64,000 bases of DNA, from positions 18,680 to 82,679 of the forward strand of contig JBAZWB010000003.1 of the NCBI GenBank assembly GCA_041660605.1, in the 5' to 3' direction. Source of the stretch: Patescibacteria group bacterium (GTDB lineage: Bacteria; Patescibacteriota; Patescibacteriia; UBA10025; JAHIVO01). The notes below the pieces were generated by a model. The model made no database searches, was not told where the DNA came from, and saw only the letters and a list, made by a program, of their open reading frames with translations. This document shows positions 19,372 to 28,218 of this stretch, piece by piece. Position numbers and translations under genes: made by a program. Position 1 is the stretch's first letter; every line of letters begins with the position of its first letter.

Positions 19372-19812
19372 ATGCTTCTGACTAAAAAACTCATCGCCCC
19401 CTGCGGCATGAACTGCGCCCTGTGCGCCGCCTATCTGCGGGAAAAAAAGAAGTGTCCGGGATGCCGGGATGATGATACAGATAAGAATAAAAGTTGCAGA
19501 CGCTGCAGGATCAAAAACTGCCTCCAGCTGAAAAAAAACCGCTGGCAATATTGTTACCGGTGCGGCGCTTTCCCCTGTGACAAGATCAAGCATATCGACC
19601 AGCGTTATCGTGCTCACTACCACATGAGCATGGTGGCTAACCTTGCCTACACCAAAAAACGTGGCATTAAGGCCTTCCTCGCTGACCAGCAAAAAAAATG
19701 GCAGTGCCGGAAATGCGGCGGGCTTATCTGCTGCCACAACGGCTTGTGCTTCCACTGCGATGCCAAGAAGTTGAAAGCCAAAAAACGGAAATACCGCTGG
19801 GAGGGAGAATAA
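19372..19812 (+). CDS. DUF3795-like Cys-rich protein.
   Basis: APCGMNCALCAAY..CPGC pattern. ATG at 19372. Confidence 0.45.
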   Translation: MLLTKKLIAPCGMNCALCAAYLREKKKCPGCRDDDTDKNKSCRRCRIKNCLQLKKNRWQYCYRCGAFPCDKIKHIDQRYRAHYHMSMVANLAYTKKRGIKAFLADQQKKWQCRKCGGLICCHNGLCFHCDAKKLKAKKRKYRWEGE

Positions 19813-19839
19813 TATTTATTTATGAATTAACCAATATAT

Positions 19840-20598
19840 ATGAAAAAAAGATATTATGTACCAATTATCTGCATCCCATTACTTATTATTTTTTTATATA
19901 TCCTTTATACCTTTTTCCCGACGGAATTTCTGATAAAGAGATCCCCTGAATCAGCTACGGCCGCCGAGCGTTCCGGGTATTCACCCAATATTTCCACATT
20001 TAACTGGGTGCATCTGATAGCCAATACATATGACGGAAACTATCTGGTGGTCAGGAACTTGGAGCAATACAGGCAGGCCGCTGGCTTCAGGGCATTCCCG
20101 GATGGCGGGATCCCCTATTATTTAATCAATAAAGATGATCTTTTACTGGTCGGAAGTGCGGGAAATGTCATCTGGCAAAGAAGCTATATTAATAGCGTGG
20201 CACCAAATTATCAGTACCAATCAAAATACACAACCAAGGATCTCAAAATCTCCACTGCCAATGATCTTCCTGCATTGCTGAAAGGTGAAATTCTTGCAGT
20301 AATCCGCTGGTGCTCGCCAAATATAATGCAAATTGCCGCCTTTAATCGCACCCCCGGCGTGGCTGCGCAGTTCATCCACCCGGCGGTAGAAATTAATACT
20401 TCAGACGGCTCCTTGAGAACATTCAATAATCCCGAGGAGCTGTGCGATGATGCCCTTCCGCCAAACGGCAGTACTCCAAAAAAGTACCAATGCAATAAAC
20501 ACATTAATAATTTCGTATTCGCCTCCGGATTGCCGGCACCAAACGAAATACTGGTGATGGACCAAAAAATATGCAGTGGCTTGCAAAAAATATTTTAG
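19840..20598 (+). CDS. Membrane-anchored secreted hypothetical protein.
   Basis: N-terminal TM anchor. No motif recognised. Confidence 0.4.
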   Translation: MKKRYYVPIICIPLLIIFLYILYTFFPTEFLIKRSPESATAAERSGYSPNISTFNWVHLIANTYDGNYLVVRNLEQYRQAAGFRAFPDGGIPYYLINKDDLLLVGSAGNVIWQRSYINSVAPNYQYQSKYTTKDLKISTANDLPALLKGEILAVIRWCSPNIMQIAAFNRTPGVAAQFIHPAVEINTSDGSLRTFNNPEELCDDALPPNGSTPKKYQCNKHINNFVFASGLPAPNEILVMDQKICSGLQKIF

Positions 20599-20670
20599 GG
20601 CAAGAAATGCTCTGAATTGCCATTTGATTGCCTCCACACTCCATAAAAAAATAAAATATATATTTTACCT

Positions 20671-20865
20671 ATGAACGGCAATAATCGAGACGACATTTAC
20701 CCGGGACTCCGGGTCGCCATCGTCCTGAAGCAGGACCAGCGCACCGGAAAACTGACCGAAGGCGTAGTTCAGGATATTTTAACCAATTCCCCCAACCATC
20801 CGCATGGCATAAAAGTGCGGCTCCAAACCGGCGAGGTTGGCCGGGTGCAGGAAATCTTAGCCTAA
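20671..20865 (+). CDS. YwbE family protein (DUF2196).
   Basis: Near full-length match to the YwbE pattern: GLRVAIVLKQDQRTGKLTEGVVQDILTNSPNHPHGIKVRLQTGEVGRVQ. Confidence 0.7.
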   Translation: MNGNNRDDIYPGLRVAIVLKQDQRTGKLTEGVVQDILTNSPNHPHGIKVRLQTGEVGRVQEILA

Positions 20866-20867
20866 AA

Positions 20868-20907
20868 ACCCCACTGGGAGAAAACATGCCTGGTGGGTAT
20901 TTTTTGT
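20868..20907 (+). terminator. Rho-independent terminator.
   Basis: CCCCACTGGG..CCTGGTGGG followed by TATTTTTTG. Confidence 0.45.
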
Positions 20908-21124
20908 ATTGGCGTAACAAGATTAAGCTTCATCCGATTAAGTAATTGCATGGCTGTAAAATTAGCCTGTTTTAAATTGCTAATATCATATAAAAAAGGC
21001 TATATTATGCGAATTGAGCTTAAAAATAATTCACTGGCAATTATCTAATACTAGCCTACTAATTAACAGCGGAAACGGTAAGGAACCATTCTCCGTTTTT
21101 TTACTGTTTACCCAGCAAATAATT

Positions 21125-22381
21125 ATGAAACGAATAAAATCAATACTATCAAATATCCGCCCGCTTTCGGATAAAGTGCTGGAGCTGACTTTAGTCAGGA
21201 AAAACGGCGCGCCTTTTCCCGAATTCCTGCCCGGGCAATTCGCCACCATTTGCTTCCCCGCCCACTCCCCGCTGAAAGGCGAGCGGTGCTTTTCCATCGC
21301 CAGCTCATCTACCGACCGCCTGGCTATGAAATTCGGCATCCGGATTTCCGGCGCCTACACCAGCGCCCTGCGCGATCTGAAGCCGGGAGACCAGGCGCTA
21401 GTCGGAGGCCCATATGGGCGTTTTACTTTTGATCCCGTACGCGACCGCTCCCTCGTCTTTCTGGCCGGCGGCATCGGTATCACGCCATTTATCAGCATGA
21501 TAAAAACCGCGGCCGACCTTAATCTGGATAACGACCTGACTCTTTTTTACAGTCTCCGCTCCCTTTCGGACATGCCTTATGGCGCGGAACTGGAACGGCT
21601 GAGTAATATGTACCCGCGGTTCCGCGCGGTTTACGCTGTTTCTGATAAAAATATTCCCAAACATCTGCCTGAATATCATCCCGGCCGCCTGAACCGCGAA
21701 TTAATCGTAAAAGTTATGACTGACAGGATCTGGCGGAGCACTTTTTTTCTCTGCGGTCCGCCGCCTTTCATGAAAACAATGAACCAGACTCTGCTCTCGC
21801 TGGGAGTCGCGCCGGAATTTATTATGAGCGAAAAATTCGGAGCCGGATCCAAGGCTTTTATTGAGCGGGGCACCCGGGTGCCGGCTTTTGCCTTTGCCGG
21901 ATGGGGCATTGCCTCGGTCATTGCCTTGGGAATCTTTTTCAGTATTGAGCAATCAAAACGACTGTCACTGGCCTATCATCCGCCAGAGCAACTAAGCCCG
22001 GTAGTGCGGAATATCCCCACGGAAATAGCCGTACCTGGACAGCCAAATCCGCCGGCAACGGAAACAGCCGAAGTGCCGCAGCCAACCGCCATGCCAACTG
22101 CTGAAAATAATAACAAACCAGCGACCCAAACCAGCGCGCCCAAACCCGCGCCAGCGCAAAAAACGGCCACGCCCGTGCCCCAGGCAAAAACTGCCGCGCC
22201 AATAAACGTCAATAAGGCAGCTCCGGCACCCGCTCCTGCGTCTGCGCCAGTTACGCCCCCTCCTGCACCAGTAAACACTGCGCCAGCCGCAACTCCGGCA
22301 CCAACGCCGGCTCCCAAACCAACTCCCGCTCCAGCTCCCGCGCCTGCACCGGCTCCTGCCCCTCGCACAGCAGTTTCCTAA
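21125..22381 (+). CDS. FNR-type FAD/NAD(P)-binding oxidoreductase with a C-terminal TM anchor and an extracytoplasmic Pro/Ala/Thr-rich repeat tail.
   Basis: RCFSIASS (the RxYS FAD motif), GGIGITPF (NAD-binding), CGPPPFM (C-terminal FNR motif). These are followed by a TM helix and (PA)n/PAPT repeats. Confidence 0.65.
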   Translation: MKRIKSILSNIRPLSDKVLELTLVRKNGAPFPEFLPGQFATICFPAHSPLKGERCFSIASSSTDRLAMKFGIRISGAYTSALRDLKPGDQALVGGPYGRFTFDPVRDRSLVFLAGGIGITPFISMIKTAADLNLDNDLTLFYSLRSLSDMPYGAELERLSNMYPRFRAVYAVSDKNIPKHLPEYHPGRLNRELIVKVMTDRIWRSTFFLCGPPPFMKTMNQTLLSLGVAPEFIMSEKFGAGSKAFIERGTRVPAFAFAGWGIASVIALGIFFSIEQSKRLSLAYHPPEQLSPVVRNIPTEIAVPGQPNPPATETAEVPQPTAMPTAENNNKPATQTSAPKPAPAQKTATPVPQAKTAAPINVNKAAPAPAPASAPVTPPPAPVNTAPAATPAPTPAPKPTPAPAPAPAPAPAPRTAVS

Positions 22382-22412
22382 AATTATTTGCCTTAAATAT
22401 CCAAAACAACCC

Positions 22413-23456
22413 ATGAAAAAATATTATTTATTCTCCACATTAATTCTGATTTTTTTAACCGTTGTGCCAATTCGCGCTTTGGCAGAAACAGAAGAATCTG
22501 ATGCAGAGGAACAATCATCCCAGGCAATAAATAATGAATCTGACAGCCAACCCGCTCCTGATGTTAACGATTCAAATGAACCCGCGCCGGTAATTGCACC
22601 AACCCAAGAAACCGCACCTGCCCCCCTGCCAGCGACAAAGGTTGCCCCGCCAGTCCCTGCCAAACAACCAGCTGCCGTGCAAAAAAATAACAACAAAACC
22701 GCCGGTACCGTAAACACCAGCAAGCCCGCACCGGTAAAAGCCGCGCCTGCCCCTGCTTATTCTGCGACAGCCTATGCGACCGAACCAAACCCTGCGCCGG
22801 ATAAAGCGGCGACAGCGGGAATTACCACCATCGCCCTGGTACCTCATACTTTCAATCCCACCCAGATACAAAAACGCCTGACTGATTTCCCCTGGGCCTG
22901 GGTAACCACCCGGGCGGCCGCTACAGTCTCATTTATAATGCTGGCTTTGCTGACCATGACGGGTATTTCTCTGTCCACCGGGCTGCTTTATCGGATATTT
23001 TCGCCGGCTACAGGCTGGTCCGTCCACCGCGCTATCGGCTCCATCCTGCTGATTTCCGTGCTGGTGCATATTTTTTCCCTGCTCTTTGACCAATTCATCG
23101 GCATGAACCTGCTTGATATTCTCGTGCCATTTGCCTCTTCATATCAGCCATTACTAGTCTCATTGGGAATTGTTGGTTTTTATCTTCTGGCGCTGATCCT
23201 CGGTACCTCATTTTATAAAATGGCCACCAAGGCAAAATTCTGGCGGAGAATCCATTACCTCTCCTTCCCCATGTTCGCGCTGATTTTCATTCACAGTATT
23301 TTGCTCGGCACGGATAGCCACCAGCCCCTGATGCAGGCTCTATACTGGGGCTCGGCTGTGCTGGTTATGGGATTTGTTATTTACCGGATTGCCTGGAAAT
23401 TTTACCGTCCGGCAACCGACTATTCCTACCAAAAACGCGAAACAATTTTCGGTTGA
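22413..23456 (+). CDS. Ferric-reductase-like (NOX/FRE/MsrQ-type) bis-heme transmembrane domain protein with a signal peptide and an N-terminal Pro/Ala-rich region.
   Basis: Six TM helices. His pairs are spaced H-x13-H (HRAIGSILLISVLVH) and H-x12-H (HYLSFPMFALIFIH), as in the NOX/ferric-reductase heme ligands. Confidence 0.65.
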   Translation: MKKYYLFSTLILIFLTVVPIRALAETEESDAEEQSSQAINNESDSQPAPDVNDSNEPAPVIAPTQETAPAPLPATKVAPPVPAKQPAAVQKNNNKTAGTVNTSKPAPVKAAPAPAYSATAYATEPNPAPDKAATAGITTIALVPHTFNPTQIQKRLTDFPWAWVTTRAAATVSFIMLALLTMTGISLSTGLLYRIFSPATGWSVHRAIGSILLISVLVHIFSLLFDQFIGMNLLDILVPFASSYQPLLVSLGIVGFYLLALILGTSFYKMATKAKFWRRIHYLSFPMFALIFIHSILLGTDSHQPLMQALYWGSAVLVMGFVIYRIAWKFYRPATDYSYQKRETIFG

Positions 23457-23546
23457 TAAAATTTAAAAACGTGTTTTAAAACCAATTAGCATTTAGCTGG
23501 TATAAAAAAGACCTTGACACCGGTTGGAGGAAAAATAATTATTTAT

Positions 23547-23586
23547 AAAAAAACCGCCTCAACCGTAAGGTAATATTGGCGGGGAT
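23547..23586. terminator. Bidirectional terminator.
   Basis: AAAAAAA-CCGCC..GGCGGGG lies between convergent genes. On the minus strand it is followed by TTTTTTT. Confidence 0.45.
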
Positions 23587-23605
23587 GGAGAGCGTTTCTT
23601 CCAAT

Positions 23606-24025
23606 TTATTTCTTTTCCACGTTTCTCCAAGCTTCGGCAAAACACAGAATAATGCCGGCGTAGGTGCCATTTTGCTGGTTAATTGAGTAGCGTACCGCGC
23701 GAGTTTCGATATCACCTATCACTAACCTGAAATAGCTGAAGTTCTGATCGGATGGTCCGAGCTCATTCTGCCGTTTGGTCGCCCAGGCTTTGGCATATTC
23801 CAGGTCTTTGTCAGCGACATAGGATATCTTCTGACCGGGAAAAATTAAATCCGCGTGTCTAATCTCATTCAGAGCCGCAAGGTCAGCCACTGAATGCCCA
23901 GTCTTTTTGGCTATACCGGTAAGGTTGTCACCGACCTTAACAATGTACTCAGCGCCGAACGTGGTCGCTGACAATATAACCATGACGGCTAAGCAAGCAA
24001 CCACTGCAGTTGACAATCTTCTCAT
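23606..24025 (-). CDS. Secreted LysM domain protein.
   Basis: Signal peptide and the LysM motif YIVKVGDNLTGIAKKTGHSVADLAALN. Confidence 0.65.
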   Translation of the reverse strand: MRRLSTAVVACLAVMVILSATTFGAEYIVKVGDNLTGIAKKTGHSVADLAALNEIRHADLIFPGQKISYVADKDLEYAKAWATKRQNELGPSDQNFSYFRLVIGDIETRAVRYSINQQNGTYAGIILCFAEAWRNVEKK

Positions 24026-24329
24026 TGTCTTACTCCCTCTCTAATGATGTTTAAGAACAACTTAATACCTAAATTTGTTTCAAACAAGTATAGCAAAATT
24101 TAAATTATCTGTCAAGCACTACCAGTATTTCCCCAATGTTAAGTATTAGGACTTGCCAGACGCGTTGCCAAAAAATTTGCTTAGCAGAGATAGATGAATA
24201 AATAATTTATAGATGTCTTCTTATATGGAAACTACGCCACCCGGCAACCGGCAATTCCTATTAAAAACAGGGGCTTGAATCGTCCCTGGCTTTATGATAC
24301 AATTTTTCCACTATATTTAAACTTACCCC

Positions 24330-25262
24330 ATGGACGTCATAGAAGTAAAAAATTTGGTAAAAAAGTTCAAACAACCCGATAAAAACGAGCTGATCGCCGT
24401 TAATGGCGTTTCTTTTTCCGTTAAAAAGAGCGAGATTTTTGGTCTGCTTGGCCCTAATGGCGCCGGCAAAACCACCACCCTGGAAATAATTGAAGGCCTG
24501 CAGGTACCCAGCGGAGGCGAGACACTTATCAAGGGATTTTCCACTCAGCACGACCTTCATAGAGTAAAAAATATTATCGGCATCCAGCTGCAATCCTCTG
24601 CCTATTATGAATACCTGCAGTTAGGCGAAATACTTGAACTCTTCGGTAGCTTCTATGATAAAGCTCTGCCGGCCGACAATCTATTGGAGATAGTCAGTCT
24701 TCAGGATAAGAAAAAATCCCTCATTAAACAACTTTCCGGCGGCCAGCAGCAGCGCTTTTCCATCTGCGCCGCGCTGGTCAATGACCCGGAAATCGTTTTC
24801 CTGGACGAGCCGACCACCGGCCTGGATCCGCAGGCTCGCCGGCTGATGTGGGAATTCATTAAAAAAATAAATAAGCAGGGCAAGACCGTAGTGCTGACCA
24901 CTCATTATATGGAAGAAGCACAATATTTATGCAACCGCATCGGCATCATGGATCTGGGAAAAATCATCGCCCTGGACACGCCAAAAAATATGATAAATAA
25001 ATTGTCTTCCTCGGCTCGGATACATTTCCAGCCCTACGGCGATCTCAAACGGGAAACATTAAAACAAGTTGAAGGCGTCCTGGAAATCAAAGAAAATTCC
25101 GATAATATTATTCACCTGAAAGTCACCAAGGGAAATGAAGTGCTGCCCAAACTGTATAAATGGGCTGAGACCAATAAAATTTTTATGATAGATCTGGAGG
25201 TTATTTCTGCTGATCTGGAAGACGTATTTTTATCCTTAACCGGGAAACAACTGAGGGAATAA
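24330..25262 (+). CDS. ABC transporter ATP-binding protein.
   Basis: Walker A GPNGAGKTT, signature LSGGQQQR, Walker B VFLDEPTTGLD. Confidence 0.9.
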   Translation: MDVIEVKNLVKKFKQPDKNELIAVNGVSFSVKKSEIFGLLGPNGAGKTTTLEIIEGLQVPSGGETLIKGFSTQHDLHRVKNIIGIQLQSSAYYEYLQLGEILELFGSFYDKALPADNLLEIVSLQDKKKSLIKQLSGGQQQRFSICAALVNDPEIVFLDEPTTGLDPQARRLMWEFIKKINKQGKTVVLTTHYMEEAQYLCNRIGIMDLGKIIALDTPKNMINKLSSSARIHFQPYGDLKRETLKQVEGVLEIKENSDNIIHLKVTKGNEVLPKLYKWAETNKIFMIDLEVISADLEDVFLSLTGKQLRE

Positions 25263-25319
25263 GTTTAAAAAATGTCTAATTAGAAATTAAACATTAGGAA
25301 TTAGAAATTATCAATTAAT

Positions 25320-26417
25320 ATGCTTAAACTTCTCTGGGCTAATCTAAAAATGACCACTCGCGACAAACAGGCGCTATTCTGGTCGCTGGCTTTCCCGATG
25401 ATGTTCATCATTATTTTCGGCCTGTTTGATTTTACTAAAATGGGCGATGCTAAATACGTGATATTTAACGAATCCAACACCCCGATCTCGTCTAGTTTCC
25501 AGGATGGCCTGAAAAAAATCACCTTCCTGAAAGAGCAGACTGCTCCGGCAACTCTTGATGAAGCGAAAAAACAGCTGAAAAATGGCGACGTGGATCTGAT
25601 TGTCTATATACCTGCTGATTTCAAGCTGCCGGACATGCCCATCACCGCCGATACCCCAAAACCCTCGCCGGTAGAACTCTACTATAGCGAGAGCAATACC
25701 ACTATCAATCAGGTCGCGCTCAGCGTCGTTGATAAATTCGTTGACCAGATGAATATGCAAGTTTCTCAGGCACCGGCCATCTTCAGCTACCAGGCCCAAG
25801 GCGTGCAGGCTAAAAATATCAAATATATAGATATTCTCATGCCCGGCATTCTGGCCATGTCCATCATGACTTCCGCTGTCATCGGCATTTCCACCGGCAT
25901 CAGCCGTTACCGCGAGCAGAAACTTCTGAAACGCCTGTCTGCCACGCCATTGAAAGTCAGAAATTTCCTGATGGCCGAAGTTTTGTCCTATTTAATCATG
26001 AATATTGTGCAGATCACCCTGATTGTACTTCTGGCGCGCATTGCCTTTGGCGTCAAAGTTTATGGCAGCTATCCGCTGATATATTTAATAAGCATCTTCG
26101 GCAGCGTCATCTTCCTGAATCTCGGTTTTGCCGTCGCCGGCTATGCAAAAAATACCAAAACCGCCGAAGCCCTTTCCCAGGTAGTCACCATGCCGATGAT
26201 GTTCTTCTCCGGCGTTTTCTTCTCCACTGAAGCCTTACCGAAAATTATCAGTAAAACAGTGGAGTATCTACCGCTGACTCCGATGATTGAGGCATTGCGG
26301 AAAGTTTCCGTCAACGGCGAAGGTATCCAGACTTTCCTACCTCAGCTGGCTTTCATGGCCGGCTGGGTTATCCTTTCTTTCCTCCTGGCCTGGAAAACTT
26401 TCAAGTTCAAGGATTAA
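25320..26417 (+). CDS. ABC-2 type transporter permease.
   Basis: Six TM helices. ABC-2 topology immediately downstream of the ATPase gene. Confidence 0.75.
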   Translation: MLKLLWANLKMTTRDKQALFWSLAFPMMFIIIFGLFDFTKMGDAKYVIFNESNTPISSSFQDGLKKITFLKEQTAPATLDEAKKQLKNGDVDLIVYIPADFKLPDMPITADTPKPSPVELYYSESNTTINQVALSVVDKFVDQMNMQVSQAPAIFSYQAQGVQAKNIKYIDILMPGILAMSIMTSAVIGISTGISRYREQKLLKRLSATPLKVRNFLMAEVLSYLIMNIVQITLIVLLARIAFGVKVYGSYPLIYLISIFGSVIFLNLGFAVAGYAKNTKTAEALSQVVTMPMMFFSGVFFSTEALPKIISKTVEYLPLTPMIEALRKVSVNGEGIQTFLPQLAFMAGWVILSFLLAWKTFKFKD

Positions 26418-26437
26418 AAAATTAAGTTGCCCGCACT

Positions 26438-26673
26438 CCATCATTATTCTATATAATGATGTTTTTACGCATATCTTTCCCCCCGCTATTATAAAAAATT
26501 TAAAAGAAAAAGGAGCGAGGAGGAATGGTTGCCCATGGGCAACCGCGTTGTACTGTTTGAGCGAACGCAGCGAAGCGAGGAGCGAGTTTACAACGCGGAA
26601 TGACAACGAGCCTGTTTTCGTTAATTTCTTTGTACCGGCGCAGCTCTTTTGCTTCTTTTCTGTTTGCACAGAA
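26438..26673. promoter_or_regulatory. Intergenic region carrying several perfect inverted repeats (candidate operator sites).
   Basis: CATCATTAT-tctat-ATAATGATG, the 18-bp palindrome GGTTGCCCATGGGCAACC, and TTCTGT-ttgc-ACAGAA. Confidence 0.4.
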
Positions 26674-26721
26674 AAGAAGGAACATAATCACATTACTCCC
26701 TTTTTTTGCTATACTAAATAT

Positions 26722-27153
26722 ATGGATAATCCTGATAAAAATCAGCATATCAAAGTCGGCCTGGGCGTCATGTTATTCAAGGATGGCAAAGTGCTGCTCG
26801 GCAAGCGCCGCGGCTCGCATGGCGAAGGCGAATATGCCTGGCCCGGCGGGCATTTGGAATATATGGAATCAATAGCTGACTGTACCAGGCGAGAAGTACG
26901 TGAAGAAACCGGCATGGAAATTACCAATATACGGTTCTTGCGCCTGCTGAACTTAAAAAAATACGCCCCTCAGCATTATGTAGACATTGGCATGATTGCA
27001 GACTGGAAAAGCGGAGAACCGCAGGTGCTGGAACCGAACCGCATAGAATGCTGGGATTGGTACCGCCTGGACAGCCTGCCTGCCCCGCTTTTCGGCACTA
27101 CCGCCAGTTATTTAGAAGCGCTCAAAAGCGGTAAAAACTTTTTTGACTTTTAA
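26722..27153 (+). CDS. NUDIX hydrolase (MutT-like).
   Basis: Nudix box GGHLEYMESIADCTRREVREETGM. This is the first ATG after the upstream permease gene ends. Confidence 0.75.
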   Translation: MDNPDKNQHIKVGLGVMLFKDGKVLLGKRRGSHGEGEYAWPGGHLEYMESIADCTRREVREETGMEITNIRFLRLLNLKKYAPQHYVDIGMIADWKSGEPQVLEPNRIECWDWYRLDSLPAPLFGTTASYLEALKSGKNFFDF

Positions 27154-27157
27154 ACTT

Positions 27158-27658
27158 ATGATTATTCCCTCCATCATCAACCGCCGCAGCATCAGGAAAT
27201 TCCAGAATAAACCGGTGCCGGAAAAACTGGTCAATGAAGTGATAAAAGCGGCCCAGTTCGCCCCCACTTCGCGAGATAACCGTTTGGTGGAGTTTGTGGT
27301 GGTAAATAACCCTGAAACCAAAAAGAAAATCTATGAGGCCGCCATACCGCCTCAGGAATTTTTGTTAAAAGCGCCGGTGCTGGTCATCCCCGTCACTGAC
27401 CCGTCAAAAACCAACCAGCCGGTGCAGGACATTTCTTTGGCCACTGCCAATATTTTCCTGCAGGCAGCGGAGCTCGGCCTGGGTACGGTATGGAAAAATC
27501 TGAAACCACCGGCAGCCGGAGAAATTAAAAAAATCCTGAAAATTCCCGAGGAATACTTAATTATCAATATCATCCCACTGGGCTATCCGGCAGAAACGCC
27601 TGACCCTCATACTGATGACTATTTCCAGCCGGATAAAATTCATCCCGAAACTTGGTAA
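27158..27658 (+). CDS. Nitroreductase family protein.
   Basis: RRSIRKFQNKPVP..LGTVW pattern. ATG at 27158. Confidence 0.7.
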   Translation: MIIPSIINRRSIRKFQNKPVPEKLVNEVIKAAQFAPTSRDNRLVEFVVVNNPETKKKIYEAAIPPQEFLLKAPVLVIPVTDPSKTNQPVQDISLATANIFLQAAELGLGTVWKNLKPPAAGEIKKILKIPEEYLIINIIPLGYPAETPDPHTDDYFQPDKIHPETW

Positions 27659-27705
27659 TACCCTCCCTAAACCCCCTTAAAAATCCTTATAATTATTAAC
27701 ACCCT

Positions 27706-28125
27706 ATGTCCTGGATTTTTTACGCCATCTTATCTGCCGTCTTTGCTGCTTTAGTGGCGATCTTCGGCAAAATCGGCATCAGCAAAGTTGACACTACCCT
27801 GGCGACTTCCGTGCGGGCGGTAGTCATGGCGGTTTTCCTAGTGCTGGTCTCGCTGGTACTGGGAAAATCCCAGCTGCTCTCCAGTATTAATAGCAAGGCG
27901 CTGTTTTATATTGTGTTATCAGGAATCGCCGGCGCGCTATCCTGGATTTTTTATTTTATCGCCCTGAAAAACGGCCCGGCTTCCGGCGTGGCGGCGCTGG
28001 ACAGGCTGAGCGTGGTTTTCGTCTTGATCCTGGCCATCCTCATCCTGGGCGAACATCTGACCTGGAAATCCGCCACCGGCATCGGGCTGATGGTGGCTGG
28101 CGCGATTTTGATGGTGCTGAAATAA
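27706..28125 (+). CDS. EamA-like small transporter (DMT superfamily, 4 TM helices).
   Basis: 139 aa, 4 helices, EamA-type sequence. Confidence 0.55.
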   Translation: MSWIFYAILSAVFAALVAIFGKIGISKVDTTLATSVRAVVMAVFLVLVSLVLGKSQLLSSINSKALFYIVLSGIAGALSWIFYFIALKNGPASGVAALDRLSVVFVLILAILILGEHLTWKSATGIGLMVAGAILMVLK

Positions 28126-28218
28126 ACAATCATTTCTAAATTAAAATGCGCATAAAGTAATTTTGCCAATTTTTTGGTATAATATACGCAGGTAAATATA
28201 CAATTAATACAATTGACG

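Noticed and set aside
21014-21124. Upstream extension of the FNR-like gene to the ATG at 21014.
   Set aside because: The extra 37 residues carry no domain, and the FNR fold begins right after the Met at 21125. The internal start is preferred but not proven.
21976-22414. Minus-strand ORFs encoding Gly/Ala-rich and Arg/Trp/Cys-rich proteins (130 and 140 aa).
   Set aside because: They are mirror-frame artefacts of the (CCN-GCN)n Pro/Ala-coding repeat in the + strand FNR-like gene.
24026-24329. Possible element between the LysM gene and the ABC ATPase.
   Set aside because: The overlapping ORFs there (110 aa and 73 aa, minus strand) lack any motif. The interval is better explained as the promoter region of the ABC operon. 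No repeat structure was seen.
26287-27153. 288-aa ORF presented as a single gene.
   Set aside because: Its first ~145 codons overlap the 3' end of the ABC-2 permease gene in another frame and run through the palindromic intergenic region. The NUDIX domain begins at the ATG at 26722, which I take as the real start.
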